A stretch of 64,000 nt of DNA from assembly GCF_009914755.1 (NCBI RefSeq), contig NC_060934.1, one strand, 5' to 3'. The translations under genes were made by a program, and so were the position numbers. This document shows positions 1-11,995 of the stretch, one piece after another. Origin of the DNA: the human T2T-CHM13v2.0 reference genome, Homo sapiens. Position 1 is the stretch's first letter; every line of letters starts with the position of its first letter. The notes under the pieces were generated by a model, which made no database searches, had not been told where the DNA came from, and saw only the letters and a list, made by a program, of their open reading frames with translations.

Positions 1-787
1 TGGCCCTCTGGCTTGCTCCAGCCCGTTCTCTGGGCCAGTGGTGTGGGTCCAGGGTGGGGCTAAGGAGGGCTTCCAGGGAGGTTGCCCTGAGCCTGCCCAC
101 CCACTGGTGAGTCCCCCCACCTCGGGCTCCAGGTGCCCTCAGGACATCCCAGCCCAGATCCCAGAGTAATGTGTGGCACCATGCACAGACGCTGAGATAC
201 TCTCTGGGTCTCGTCAGCTTTAGTTGATGTCTGGGAGTCCTATGGGTCTGGGAAGGAGCACCAGGCATGGCTGTGCCAGCGGAAGGGCCGACTGTGTGTG
301 CTCTGTGGATGGCAGGAAGGCATCTTGCTGCCAGTGGCGGTGCAGATGTTCGGCTGGGACACCAGGCTGTGGCCCTTGCAGCCAACATATGCCTGAGGCC
401 CTGGCATCGGATGGAAGCTACTGCTCTGAAGACAAGGGTGCAGGGATGGGGTTTGGGCATCAGGGATGGGGGTACAGCTGTGTTTCCTCATGCAGGACAG
501 GGCCTTCCTCCTCATTTTTCCCATCCTCCAGGACAGCCTGGGAGAAGAAAGCCAGGGAATAGGGGCAAAGCAGGGTGCAGCCCCCCATGCTCCCTGCTCC
601 CCTCCTCCCCTCCTGCAGAGGCACTTCCTTTCCACTTCAGGAGCCCCTCCCCCAGAAGTGGGCCCCCCCCGTCCCCCCTTCCTTCTTTGGAGGCTGCTTC
701 CTGGTGCCAGGTTATGCTCCCTCCCCGTTCTCTGCTGTGCCCTCTATCTCCCCACTCCTCTGCAATTATTTTTCAGCAGAGTGACTT

Positions 788-835
788 AATAGTAACAATA
801 ATAGTAACAATAACAGTAACAATAATAGTAACAAC
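788..835. repeat. 4 x 12-bp tandem repeat (aatagtaacaat)
   Basis: Units start at 788, 800, 812 and 824. Confidence 0.9.
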
Positions 836-3269
836 AGCAGGCTGGGAGCACTCCTGAGGGAGCCTCGGCTCCTGCCCTGCTGCTCTAGGGCTGGGGACTC
901 TCCAGAGCTGTCTCATGGCAGGGAGAGACCGTAGTCAAGGAGACCCTGTGTAGTGACTTCCGCATGCGTGTGTGGCAAGGGGCGGGGACTGGGCAGTGAC
1001 CACCAGGCAGGGAGCACACCTCAGTCATGGTCACAGAGAAGGTGATGATGGCACCAGGGCTGTCTCTCCCTGCCCGTCTGCACCTGGGCCTGCCAGAGCC
1101 GTCTTCTGTGCCCCATGGGGTAGGGGAGCACCCCATGGCCCCTGGGAGGCTGCCAGTCAGTGGGACTATGAGGTCAAATGGGGAGGTCCCTTGGGGTCCA
1201 TGACCCAGGCACTGCACCCCTTGGGGCTGGAAGGGGAGAAGGCCCCAGGCCCACCAGAGCCCCTCTGGCTCCCCCACTAGAACAGCAGCCAGGGCCGGCT
1301 CAGGGATTGAGGCGAAGCCTTGGTGCTTGATTCTTTGTCCCCTGAGGCAGGCTGTACCTCTCATAGGAGAACTTTGGAGGACGGGCCTTCTCCTGACCAA
1401 GGCTCTGGGACACTTGGCAGCCCCTGAGGTCCTGCTTTACCTCTCTGCTTTCTCCCCCCTTCTCTGAGCTCTGGGGCCAGGCCTGGGCACTTGGATTGGC
1501 GCTGAGACAATGAGGCCTGAACCTCCATGGAGCTCTGGTCCCGCAGCTGTGTGATCATGGGGGCCTCAGGGACCCCGCTCCCCTCCATTCCCCAAGCCTA
1601 GAGGCCATGAAGCCTGTGGGTCCCTGAACTGTCCACCCTGAGACTGCAGGCAGGGCAGGGCTGGGCAAGAGCAGGCAGCAAGCTGTCCTTGTTCCCACAG
1701 CTCCTCCTGGCTGGGCTCTTGGCCCCTGAAAAGCCTGGGGCAGGGAGATGGTGCCAGCAGGACCTTAAGGACAGCAGTTCAGGTCGCACCTGGCCCTGGA
1801 GGGAGCAGGTGGCCAGCTCCAAGCAAACACCTCTGTTTGCTTTTGCCTCAAGGAGTGGCTCCACAAAGTGTAGCAGCCCAGGCACCACCACAGAAAGGTC
1901 ACCGCTGCACCTGGACTGGTGTGCGCCTACCTGGTGGACCAGCGGGCATAGGCTTTCCTCCCTGATATCAGGGATACCTGGAGGGCCTGGTGCTGGGGCT
2001 CTGTGCTCAGGGGAGAACCTGTGGCCCTACAGCCCCAGGTTCTAGACCCCCTCCCAGATTCGGGTGCTGCAGCTGCGCTTCCACTCCTGGCCCTTGCCTC
2101 TGTGCTGCTGCTCTCCATGCCCTGCAGGAGCCAGGGTTCCAAGGAAGCACCTGAGGGGCAGTGTGGCCCCAGGGCAGGAGCAGGACAGTGGCCACCAAGC
2201 TGTTTCCAGTTCCCTTGTGTGCCTGTGACTCCAGAGGATTCTCGCCCTTGTGTTCCTGAGAGGGAAAAAGGAAACATGTATTTCCTAGAATTTAAGTAAT
2301 GACTGGGGAGATGTGTGCTCTGGGTGCCGGGACGAGGGTGGGTGAGCTGGAGGTGCAGCATGAGCTGGTGCAGCTCTGGAGGGAGGGAGAGGGCTCATTG
2401 GGTTTCTTCCTCATACTACTTGGCAGTGCAACTGGCACAGACCCGGCAGCTGTTGCTGGGCTAGGGGCCAGGGGCTTCCTCCTGCTCTGTTCCCCTTCCT
2501 GCTCCACCACCATTGCCTGTAGGGCGTCTGCCAGCCCCAGGAAGCCTAACACTTAGCCCAAGTGGGGCTCTGGGCCTGGCCCTCCTCACCCAGGGAAACA
2601 ACGGGGCTCATGGGCGCTTGGTGACATGGGCACATTGCTCTGCCATCGTAAGGGGCCAGCCTGGCTATGGGACCCAGCACCGGTGGGCAGCCCACAGGTT
2701 GTCTCTGCAGGAGACTCCTCTGGCAGGTCACATACAGGATGCCCCACAGCACCTTGAAAACTCGTGACCCGGGAAAGCCTCAAATTGTCTTTGCTCCCCT
2801 AGCCTCCCCACCACCTGTATCTGCAGGGGCATGTGAGACTGTACTTGGTGACAGGAATGCCCCCCAGTCTCAGGGGCTTAACGCCATCTACTATGTCCTT
2901 CTTGTGGCATAGCCTGGCATGGCCCTTACCCACTGGGTGGCCACACCTCCCAGCCCGTGTGCCTGGCTATGTGCACAGGAGGGCACAGAGCTTCGAGAAG
3001 CCTGAGGCTTAAGGAGCTTTGAGGCCTGGGAGGGGGCCACCGTCACTTTCCCTGTGTTCCGTGGGATCCTGTCACATGGTCGTTCTCACCCCAGGAGGCT
3101 TCAAGTACAGAGGATGCGGGGATGGGGGCACGCAGGGGTGTACCTGCACACACTTCTGCCTACCAGCTCTCCATCCCTTGTCCTGGTCCACATAGCAGGG
3201 GCTGGTGGCGGGCCCAGCAGCTGAGGGGGACGGAGGGGGAAACAGGGTAGCAAATAATTATGGTTTACT

Positions 3270-4040
3270 CTTTTTTAATTGTGAAATTTGTGTAACATAA
3301 GTTTAACCATTTATAAGTGAACCATTTGGTGGCATTTAGCACATTTACAGCATTGAACAGGCATTGCCTTAGTTCCAAAAAATTTGCATCACCCCAAAAG
3401 GAAACCCCATACCCATTAAACAGCTGCTTCCTGTCCCCGGGCAACCCCCAGCCTGCGTTCTGTCTCTGCGGCTTGGCCTGTCCTGGAACATTTCATCTGC
3501 ATGGACTGTTGTCTGGCTTCACTCAGCATAAGGTCTTCAGGGTTCCTCTAGGCTGTGGCACACATCAGCCCTTTCCTATGAGGGGTAAATAGTGTGCCGT
3601 CACCCATTCATCTGGGGATGGACACGTGGGTGCCTTCCACCTTTTGGCAGTTATGAAAAATGCTGCCAGGGACATTCCTGTTATAAATACCTGAGTTCGT
3701 GCTTTCAGTTCTTTTGGGTACATACCTGGACATGAAATCGCTAGGTAATTCTGTTTTATATTTTGTGGAGCCGCCAAACTGTTTTCCACAGTGGTTGAAT
3801 TGTGTTACATTCCCAAGGGTTACAATCTATCCACATTCTCACCACCACGCATTATTCTCTGTTATTCTCTGGTTCATGTCTCACTCTGGCCGTGCAGCCA
3901 GTGCACAGTGCTAGCTCGTTGTGGCTTTGGTTTGCCTTTCCCCGGTGATGGCGTGCTGGGCATCTTTTCCTGTGCATGCTGGCCAGTTGCATGTCTCTTT
4001 GGAGAAGCATCTCTTCGAGCCCTCTGCCTGTTGTCTAACT
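3270..4040 (-). mobile_element. Old L1 (L1M-type) 3' fragment
   Basis: T-rich start and typical antisense L1M 3'UTR/ORF2-end phrases; boundaries approximate. Confidence 0.75.
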
Positions 4041-5619
4041 AGATGGCTGTCTTGCCGTACAGCTGACTTTGCTGTTGCATCTGCATCAAGAGCTGCAGAG
4101 AAGCAGCTTTATCCAGGGCCGTCACTGTCAGTGATTGAGCCCCAGGTCCCTTGTGAGGAGAGTGTGGATTCGTCTGATTCCTCACATGGGCATTGAATCA
4201 CCACTGCCCTCGAGGACCTTGAGGACATTCTCGGAAGACCTGGACTCTGAGGCCACATTGAGCACAAACATCTGGAAACCATGGTGTCACTGCTTGTGCA
4301 TAAGAAGGGGCCTCTCAGGAACCGCCCTGTGAAGGATGGAGGAAGGGGAAGGTGCAAGGAGCCAGCAGACCCCCACCCCACTGACAAGACGAGACTCAGC
4401 AGCAGGGGAACCAGGGCCGCCCTCTCTCGCTCATCCTGAACCCTGACTCTAAAAATAACCAGGCTGATAATCGGATCCGCTGTAAGTTGATTATCATCAT
4501 TGCCGTGGTGTGATGTCATGCTGCCAGGCCCTGGGGCAGTTTTCTCAGGACAGCGGTGGATGCACCTAGGCAGCTCTGGAGGCCAGCATGGAGCTGGGGG
4601 GCCCTGAACCGAGGGTGGCAGGCAGCCTCTGTGGGCTCCTGCAAATCTGCTTGGTGGGGGTGGAACACTGGCATCCATAGGCAGGCACTCTGTGCTCCCA
4701 AGGAGGAGTTCCTGTCCCCATTCGCAGCTAGGGACAGAGCCAGGGAAGCCAAGTGCCCAGCCCTGGCAAACAGCGGGGAAGCACAGGGGCATGGGCTGGG
4801 CCGCTCTGCCCTGCCTTTCTGCTCCTTCCTGCTGCTGAACTCTCTCCTTTCTGCTGCTGAACTCTCTCCTTTGGACTAGGCCTTTGTCTTCTTGCCTCAT
4901 CGTCAGTGGCCTGGGAGGACACTTGCAGTCTTAATCCTGTTTTGGCCCCATGTCCCTCACCCCCCAGGGGCCACCTAGGCCAGAGCCTGTCCTGATTTCC
5001 ATCTCGGCCACCGTCTGCCCCTCGGCCCCTGGTCAGGAGCTCATTCTGTGGATACTCCTGCATAGACATCACGTGGACTCAAAGGGCATGAGGACCTCGG
5101 CTGAGAGGAGCTTACACATCAGTGCAAACCTCTCATTTTACACAGGGAGAAATCGAGGCCCTGAGGGAGGCGTGAGTTGTCACACATGGGGGTAGTGTCA
5201 GATGAAGACTTGGCACCACTTCCCTGGGCATCCCCTTCCCTGGGCATCCCCTTCCCTGCATGGCATCCCCAGCCTTGGGTTTGGATTCTTCTTCACCCTT
5301 GATGTTGAGGTCTTTGCTCCCAGGACCTGGATAACAGCATCCAGATGCAGGTGGTGCCCCCGCATCGGGCTGCCTGGCTGTGACCTGGGGCATCAGGATT
5401 GTCAGCTTGTCTGGCCCCAGGTCTGTGCTGGGCTGAAACCTACTGTCTCAGAGGCTCCTGGCTCTCTCCCTCTGCTCTCCACTGCTCTTAAGAGCAGACC
5501 CTCAAGCCTTTTTTGTGTCCTCTCTCCAGGGAGAGCCCAGCTTCTACTCTGCAGCCCAGTGCAGAAGGGGTGGTAGCTCACGGTGCCTCGGCTTCTCTGC
5601 ATGCCTGTCACTGAACAGA

Positions 5620-5800
5620 GAAGCCCAGGCCAGACTGCAGCTTAATTCCTAGCCTCTGTGTGGCCTCCAGCAGGGTACCTAAGCTAGTGCTGCCTCATTT
5701 TCCTCCTGTGTGAGATGGGAATCCTCATGGTCCCTACCTCTGACAGTTGTTTTGATGCAGTGGGTGATGCAGATGAAGCGCCCGGAGCAGACCTGCTCAT
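5620..5800 (+). mobile_element. MIR remnant
   Basis: gcctcattttcctcctgtgtgagatgggaat...cctacctc resembles the MIR core. Confidence 0.55.
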
Positions 5801-5899
5801 GAGGAGCACACCGTGGATTCCTACTGGTTAATGTTGAACAGGGATGAGAAGGGGCTGGGGTAGGGCGAAAATGGGCAAGACCATCTCAGCTTGAGGAAC

Positions 5900-6600
5900 A
5901 TGAGCTGACAGATTGACTTAAATTTGCACATGGACATGATCTGAGTCACTGCCTTGCTGAGTGCATGGGGACAGTTGCCCAGGCCAGAGGCACCAGGGTC
6001 AAAGCCAGTGGTGATGCCCTGGCCCCGTTGCCCCAGGTCAGGGCCAGTGAACAATGTAATCAGCTGGGGCAGACTCTACAGCCCTGCAGCCAAGGGGGCC
6101 AGTGACCCTTACACGGTCATCCACAGGCCACTTGGGTGGCCAGTCCTGTTCAGCCAGGCCTTGCCCTAGGAAAGAAATTAATTATAACCTAATTGGCAGT
6201 TTCCTTTGCATAGAAGCCGGAAGCAACTGCCAGTGAGGCTGGTGATTAACTCTGCAGCAGCTGGGAAATTGCAGTTGGGCAGGAGCGCCCATCATCCTGG
6301 CCAGGCCGCTGCAGCTGGTCTGGGTATGGACGTGTGGGTGGTGGCCATCGTGCAGCTTAGGGCCTGGGCCCCTCAGAGCAGAAGGCTGGGTCTGTGTGCA
6401 GAAGGTAGCCTTGGGCTGCCAGGTCCCCCAGTGCCCAGTTGCGGACCTCCTTCTCCCAAACCTCAGCCATGCCTGGACCCCTTCCCCACTCACGGCAGAA
6501 GGCTGCATGGCTTTTAGGGGTGTCAGGAGGCTCATGTCCTGGTTGCAGTTCTACCATGGGTGTGCAGCGGGAATTCTGGGCTTCTGTTTTCTGGCATGGG
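5900..6600. promoter_or_regulatory. RET intron-1 enteric enhancer (MCS+9.7 / RET+3) containing rs2435357 (6114) and rs2506004 (6331)
   Basis: Recognised context gtgacccttaca[c]ggtcatccac; SOX site AACAATG 6050-6056; TAAT cluster 6174-6196; ACGTG at 6330-6334; boundaries approximate. Confidence 0.88.
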
Positions 6601-7374
6601 ATGGGGTGAATGATATCTCTGTTCTACAGCAGGGGCTCAGACTGGATGTGTGAGAAGAGCCTCAGTTAAGGAGGGCCATGTTCGTGCGTGCAGGGATCGT
6701 GGTGCCTCCCAGGCCAGGGCCGGGCCCCATCTCTCCTCCTCCTCAGCTGCTCTTCCAGCTACTGGCCACCCTGCCTGGCTGGAGGTCCAAGAGGAGAGGT
6801 ATCTGAGGAGATCCTGCACTCCACACCGGGTCTCCTGCCCAGCATTTTGGAAGAACCAATTCTTAAGTCTGGTACTGAGGCCGCACTGCCATGATGATAA
6901 CTGGTGTCACCAGGACACCAGGGAAGGAGCTGCCCTTGGTGTTTACTGAGCGCCCGGTATATGCACTGAGCTGTCCATCATCTGCAGAGACCAGTGTTTT
7001 CTTGATGGTTTTACAGAGAGATGCTTAAACCCAGTGAACTAAGAATGGGACAGGCTGTCAGATTTTTCTCAAAGGAGGTATTGACTTGTTAGCGGGTACA
7101 ATTAGGCCGAGGAACCAGGGGCTGATGCAGTGTGCTCCCGAAGAGGGGCTTCTATGGACTCCAGTTACCAGAGCCTGCCCCAGGATTTTCCTTCACACCT
7201 GCTCTTTGTGCCAGGGATCAAGCAGGGTTATAAATACAACAGCGGGCAGGATGAGCCAGTGGTGGCCCTGTGGGTCTTCACAGCCCAAATTTCCTTCCAT
7301 GGTTAGTGTAGGTTAAACCTGGCAAAAAGCTGCTTTCATTTGGAAGTCTCAGGATGCCAGCAAAGTGATGAGAG

Positions 7375-8055
7375 TGGTAGGGATAGAGGTGAGATGGGGG
7401 TGGTGCTGGTGATAGTGATGGTCATGGTGTTGGTGTTGGTGTTGGTAGTGGTGGTATTGGTGATGGTGATAGTGGAGGTCGTGATGATGGTTGTGGTGGA
7501 GGTGATGGTAATGTTGATGGTGGAAGTCATGATAGTGAGTGGTGGTTGTGGTGGTGGTGGTGGTGATGGTGAAGACGGTGGTGGTGGACGTGATAGGGAT
7601 ATTGATGGTGGAGCTCATAATGGTGAAGGTGGTGATGGTGGTGGAGGCAATTGTGGTGGTGATGGTGCTGGTGGAGGCAACGGTGATGGTGGTGGTGATG
7701 GTGAAGACGGTGGTGGGAATGGTGGTGGTGGAGGCAATGGTGGTGGTGATGGTGGTGGTGGAGGCCATGGTATTAGTGAAGGTGATGGTGAAGGTGGTGG
7801 TGGAGGTCATGATGGTGAAGGTGGGGATGGTGGTGGTAGAGGCAGTGGTTGTGATGGTGGTGATGGAGGCGGTGGTGTTAGTGGAGGTGATGGTGATGGT
7901 GGTGGTGGAAGTCATGATGGTGAAGGTGGGGATGGTGGTGGTGGAGGCAGTGGTAGTAGTGGAGGTGATGGTGCTGGTGGTAGTGGTGAGGCAGTGGCGG
8001 GGAAGGTGGAGGTAATGGTAGTGGTAGAGGTGACGGTGATGTTGATGGTCGTGAT
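7375..8055. repeat. Degenerate (GGT/GAT/GGA)n triplet array, about 680 bp
   Basis: Continuous ggtggtgatggt-type sequence. Confidence 0.95.
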
Positions 8056-8064
8056 GCAGCCATC

Positions 8065-8260
8065 TTCTGTGAGCATTTGCTTGGTGCCAGCCACTGTTCT
8101 GTGAACTTCATGTGCATTAATTCCTTCTAGCTCCCAACACTCCTGTGTGGTGGGAGCTCTGAGTCTCAGTGGGTACAGAGGAGAAACTGAGATACAAATA
8201 TATGTTCCTTGCTCCAGGCTCATTACCACTGCAACACACACTTTCTCTCCATCACCCAGA
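8065..8260 (-). mobile_element. MIR remnant abutting the GGT array
   Basis: tgagcatttgcttggtgccagccactgttct...tacagaggagaaactgag is an antisense MIR pattern. Confidence 0.6.
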
Positions 8261-10589
8261 TGGAGTCCACAGCCTTGCCTGGAATCCACAAGCTTGCCCA
8301 ACCTTCTTCTTCTCCCTAAGTTCATGCCCTCATGGCCCGAGGAGCTGGCCTCCTGTCTCCAACCAGCATTCACCTCCGGCCCTGTGCTGTTGCTGCTCAT
8401 CTGAACTGCCTCTACCTCCTGCTGCTTTTCCCCTCCTTTCACTCTGGCTCTGCCCCCAGCCCTCCCGTCCTGCTGGGCACTGGCTCCTGCTTGTGGCTGC
8501 AGCCCAGAGCAGTCCCTTCCCTTTAGCCTCCACTTGCCTGTCTGTGGCTGTCTCTTGGTCAGGCATTTTTTCAGAACGGGCAGCGTGGGGCAGCCCCCTT
8601 GGCCCCTCAGCCTGGGCTAGGCACTCTCCTCCATCCAGTGCTGGGCCCTTTAAACAGGTCAGGCAGCGTCCGCTCAGCAGAAGCGTGTGATGACTTCCCC
8701 AGCCGGCTGACCTCAGGGAGGGTGCACATGGGTGCCCCCAGTCAGCTCTCCTGACGTCCCTGCCGGGGTCAGGTGTCCCAGGGTCTCCAGCCTTAGGGTC
8801 TAACACATTCATCTCTCCAAAAGTAAGGATTCCTTGCCAGGGAAAGGGCTAACAAGCTGCCTGTTTTCTTGGCCAGCAGGCATCCTCCCCATGAGCCCAG
8901 GGCTATGGGTGACCAGCAAGCCATTAGCATATGCGTGTCCATCTGTCCTGCCTGGCTGGTGGGCTGCCAGGATAGCCGTTCCTTTTGCTGCCCAAGGAAG
9001 TACTCAGGACCCAGTTACTGTCACCTCTCCCAAGGCGTGCAGGTGGCGTAGGAAGTGCATGTCCGTTCTTTCTGTAGGACACACCTCAGGACCCCAGGGG
9101 ACATTGTCAAGAGGCAGAACCAGGGTGCTCCTGCTGTGTACCAGGGCCGACAGCATTGTGTCGGGGAGCCCGCCCCCACATGCAAGGACACACCACACAC
9201 AGGGAGGCGTGGAGCACATGTGGCCTGTCCCACCTGCTAACAGGCCGGCCATCGGGGCCCTCCTCTGGCTCATAGGCAGGGCATCTGGAGGAAGCCGTCC
9301 CTGCCAAGAGCAGGTTGAGTGTATGGGCACTGTCTGTCAGCCTCATACTCTTGTTATCATCAGACAAGAACCCTGAGAGTTAAGGGAGGCAAAGGCCAGC
9401 AAGGTCAGGACTTGGGGCAGAGATCGGGGCTGGGACAGGAGCTTGTTCAGGACAGTGGGCAGGACTCCCACAGGTGGAGAGGACAGGGATGGCCATGCAC
9501 CTGGGAGCCCTGGGCCAGGCTGAGCGAGCGAGCACCAGGGCCCGGAGTGAGGGGCTGATGGCAGGGGCATGCAGGCAGCTGCACATACCAGGCTCTGTGT
9601 ATGAAAGGGAAACTGGACATGTGTGAGTAGGCCCAGGCCTGGCAAATGGCTCAGAGAGACACCTGTGAACAGCTGTGTGTGGTGGCTGCCCTGGGCAGGG
9701 GTGAGGCTGAGAGCCCACTGAACCTCCTGAGTCAGAGGTGATGAGAGCCACCCCCAGGTGCAGGGAAGACACAGGGAATTTAGGAAGAGAGCAGGACGCC
9801 AGGCAGGGTGCACTTAATCGTCACTTGGAAACCAGTGTCCAGTAGTGGCTGCCCGGGAGCCTCTTGGGTTGGCACTGGGCTCGTGTGAGGAGGAGGCGTG
9901 GCAAAGGGAAGGGCTCTGTGACAGAAGGCAGCTGAGACTGGGCCGCCTCTGGGCGCTGCCTCCTCTGCTGAGGCCTCAGATGGGTCCCTGCCTTGCTCAG
10001 GGCTGTGTGCTCCATGCTAAGCCTTGTCCTCCTGGGGGCTCAGGCACAACCAGGTGACTCTCAAGCCAGGGCCACATGCGTGCACCATGGGCCCCTCCCA
10101 CATCCAAAAGCAAAATTATATTCTGCAACTGTGTTGGTATAAGACAAACACAATCCAGGCCACTTTATTATTATTTATTTCTTATTATATTTATTTCATC
10201 CTTTTGATTTTAAAATGAATTAAAACAAAAACCTTTTTTGCGCACCCAGGCGCATGCAGCAGTGGTGCCGGTCAGGAGCAGAGGTTCCTCCTCTGCAGGC
10301 TCCTGGCCCCCTGGGACCCTGGCACCGAGGGCTGGCCCTAGCGGCCCAGCCCTTGTGAGCCCTCACACCTGCCTAGAGATGGCGCGCTCCCTAGCCAGTC
10401 AGGGCGCTCTCGTGCCTGGATGCTGTGGTCTCATGAGTGGACAGCAGCTGAAGTGGGAACTGCAGCAGATACTGGCCGTGCCCAGGTGTGTACCTGCCCC
10501 AGGCAGGTGACCAGGGCAGCAGGGTGATGCCAGATGGGGCCAAAAATTTCATGCTTCTGTTTGACCTTGGTTCTAGCTGAAGATTTAGC

Positions 10590-11995
10590 TGTGTACACAT
10601 CTTTAAAACTGGGATCCCCCTATAAAAACCAGATGCACAGGCAGCCGAAGAAAGAATGGATGAATTGGGCTACATCAAAATGTAAAACTTCTGTGAACCA
10701 AGGCCACAATCAGAAGAGTGAAAACACAGCCCATGGAATGGGAGAAAAACTTGTAATTCATAGATCTGATCAGTGTTAATCCAGAATCTGTAGAGAACTC
10801 CTCACACTCAACAACAGCAACAAAAAAACCTGATTCCAAAATGAGCACAGGGGGCCAGGTGCGGTGGCTCACTCCTGTAATCCTAGCACTTGGGGAGGCT
10901 CACGCAGGCAGATCACTTGAGGTCAGGAGTTCGAAAGCAGCCTAGCCAACATGGTGAAACCTTGTCTCTACTAAAAATACAAAAAAATTAGCCAGGCGTG
11001 GTGGCAGGTGGCTGTAATCCCAGCTACTTGGGAGGCTGAGGCAGGAGAATCGCTTGAACTCAGGAGACAGAGGTTGCAGTTAGCCGAGATCGTGCCACTG
11101 CACTCCAGCCTGGGTGACAGAGTGAGACTCCATACAAAAAAAAAAAAAAACCCAACAACAACAACAAAAAAAATGAGCACAGGGCCTGGATGGACATTTC
11201 TCCGAATAAGATTTACAGATGGCCCCAAGAAGCACATGAAAAGATTCTCAGCATTGCCACTCATTAGAGAAATACAAATCAAAATCACCATGTGATACCA
11301 TCTCACACCCATTTGGATGTCTACTATCAAAAAAAAAAAAAAAAAAAGAACCAGTGTTGGTAAGGATGTGAAGAAACTGAACCCTTGCGCACTGCTGGAA
11401 GGTAAATAGTGTAGCTGCTGTGGAGAACAGCAGGAAGGCTCCTCAAAGGTTAAACCTAGAGCTGACTTCGGCTCCAGCACCTCCACTCTGGATACATACA
11501 GGAAAGGAAGCAGGAAGCAGTCAGGATATATTTGTATGTCCCCATTTTCAGCAGCATTATTCATAGTAACCACAAAGAGGAAGTTACCCAAGTGTCCATT
11601 GACCAATGAATGGATAAGCAAAATATAATACAGACATACAATGGAATATTACTTGGCTTTAAAAAGGAAAAAAAATTTGCCACATCCTATGCCATGGTTG
11701 AACCTCGAGGGCATTATGTCACAGAAGGACAAGCACTGTATGATTCCACTTACATGAGGTCCCTGCAGTCGTCAAATTCGTGGAGACAGTAGAATGGAGG
11801 ATTCCAGGAACTGGGAGAGGAGAGGAGGGGGAGTAATTGTCTCATGGGTACAGAATTTCAGTTTTACAGGATAAAAAGAGTGCTGTGGAAGGATGGTTTG
11901 CATGGCAGTGTGAACGCACTTAATGCCACTGAATTGTACACTTAAAAATTTTAAGATGATAAAGTTCATGTGTATTTTACCACAATTTAAAATAA
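10590..11995 (+). mobile_element. Old L1 (L1MB-like) ORF2 end and 3'UTR, interrupted by an Alu
   Basis: L1 phrases such as catcaaaatgtaaaacttctgtg, gatacca tctcacaccca and aatgccactgaattgtacacttaaaa. Confidence 0.8.
10853..11169 (+). mobile_element. Alu (S-type) with 15-bp TSD
   Basis: Full dimer; TSD aaaatgagcacaggg at 10838-10852 and 11170-11184. Confidence 0.97.

Noticed and set aside
7340-8104. 254-aa Val/Met- then Gly/Asp-rich ORF and its antisense poly-Thr ORF
   Set aside because: By-product of the GGT/GAT triplet array, which has few stops; non-ATG start and no exon structure
10971-11621. 216-aa minus-strand ORF and similar ORFs at 17908, 18704, 23691, 42111, 59436 and 60731
   Set aside because: Translations of Alu/L1 sequence (e.g. 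[18 protein letters not shown])
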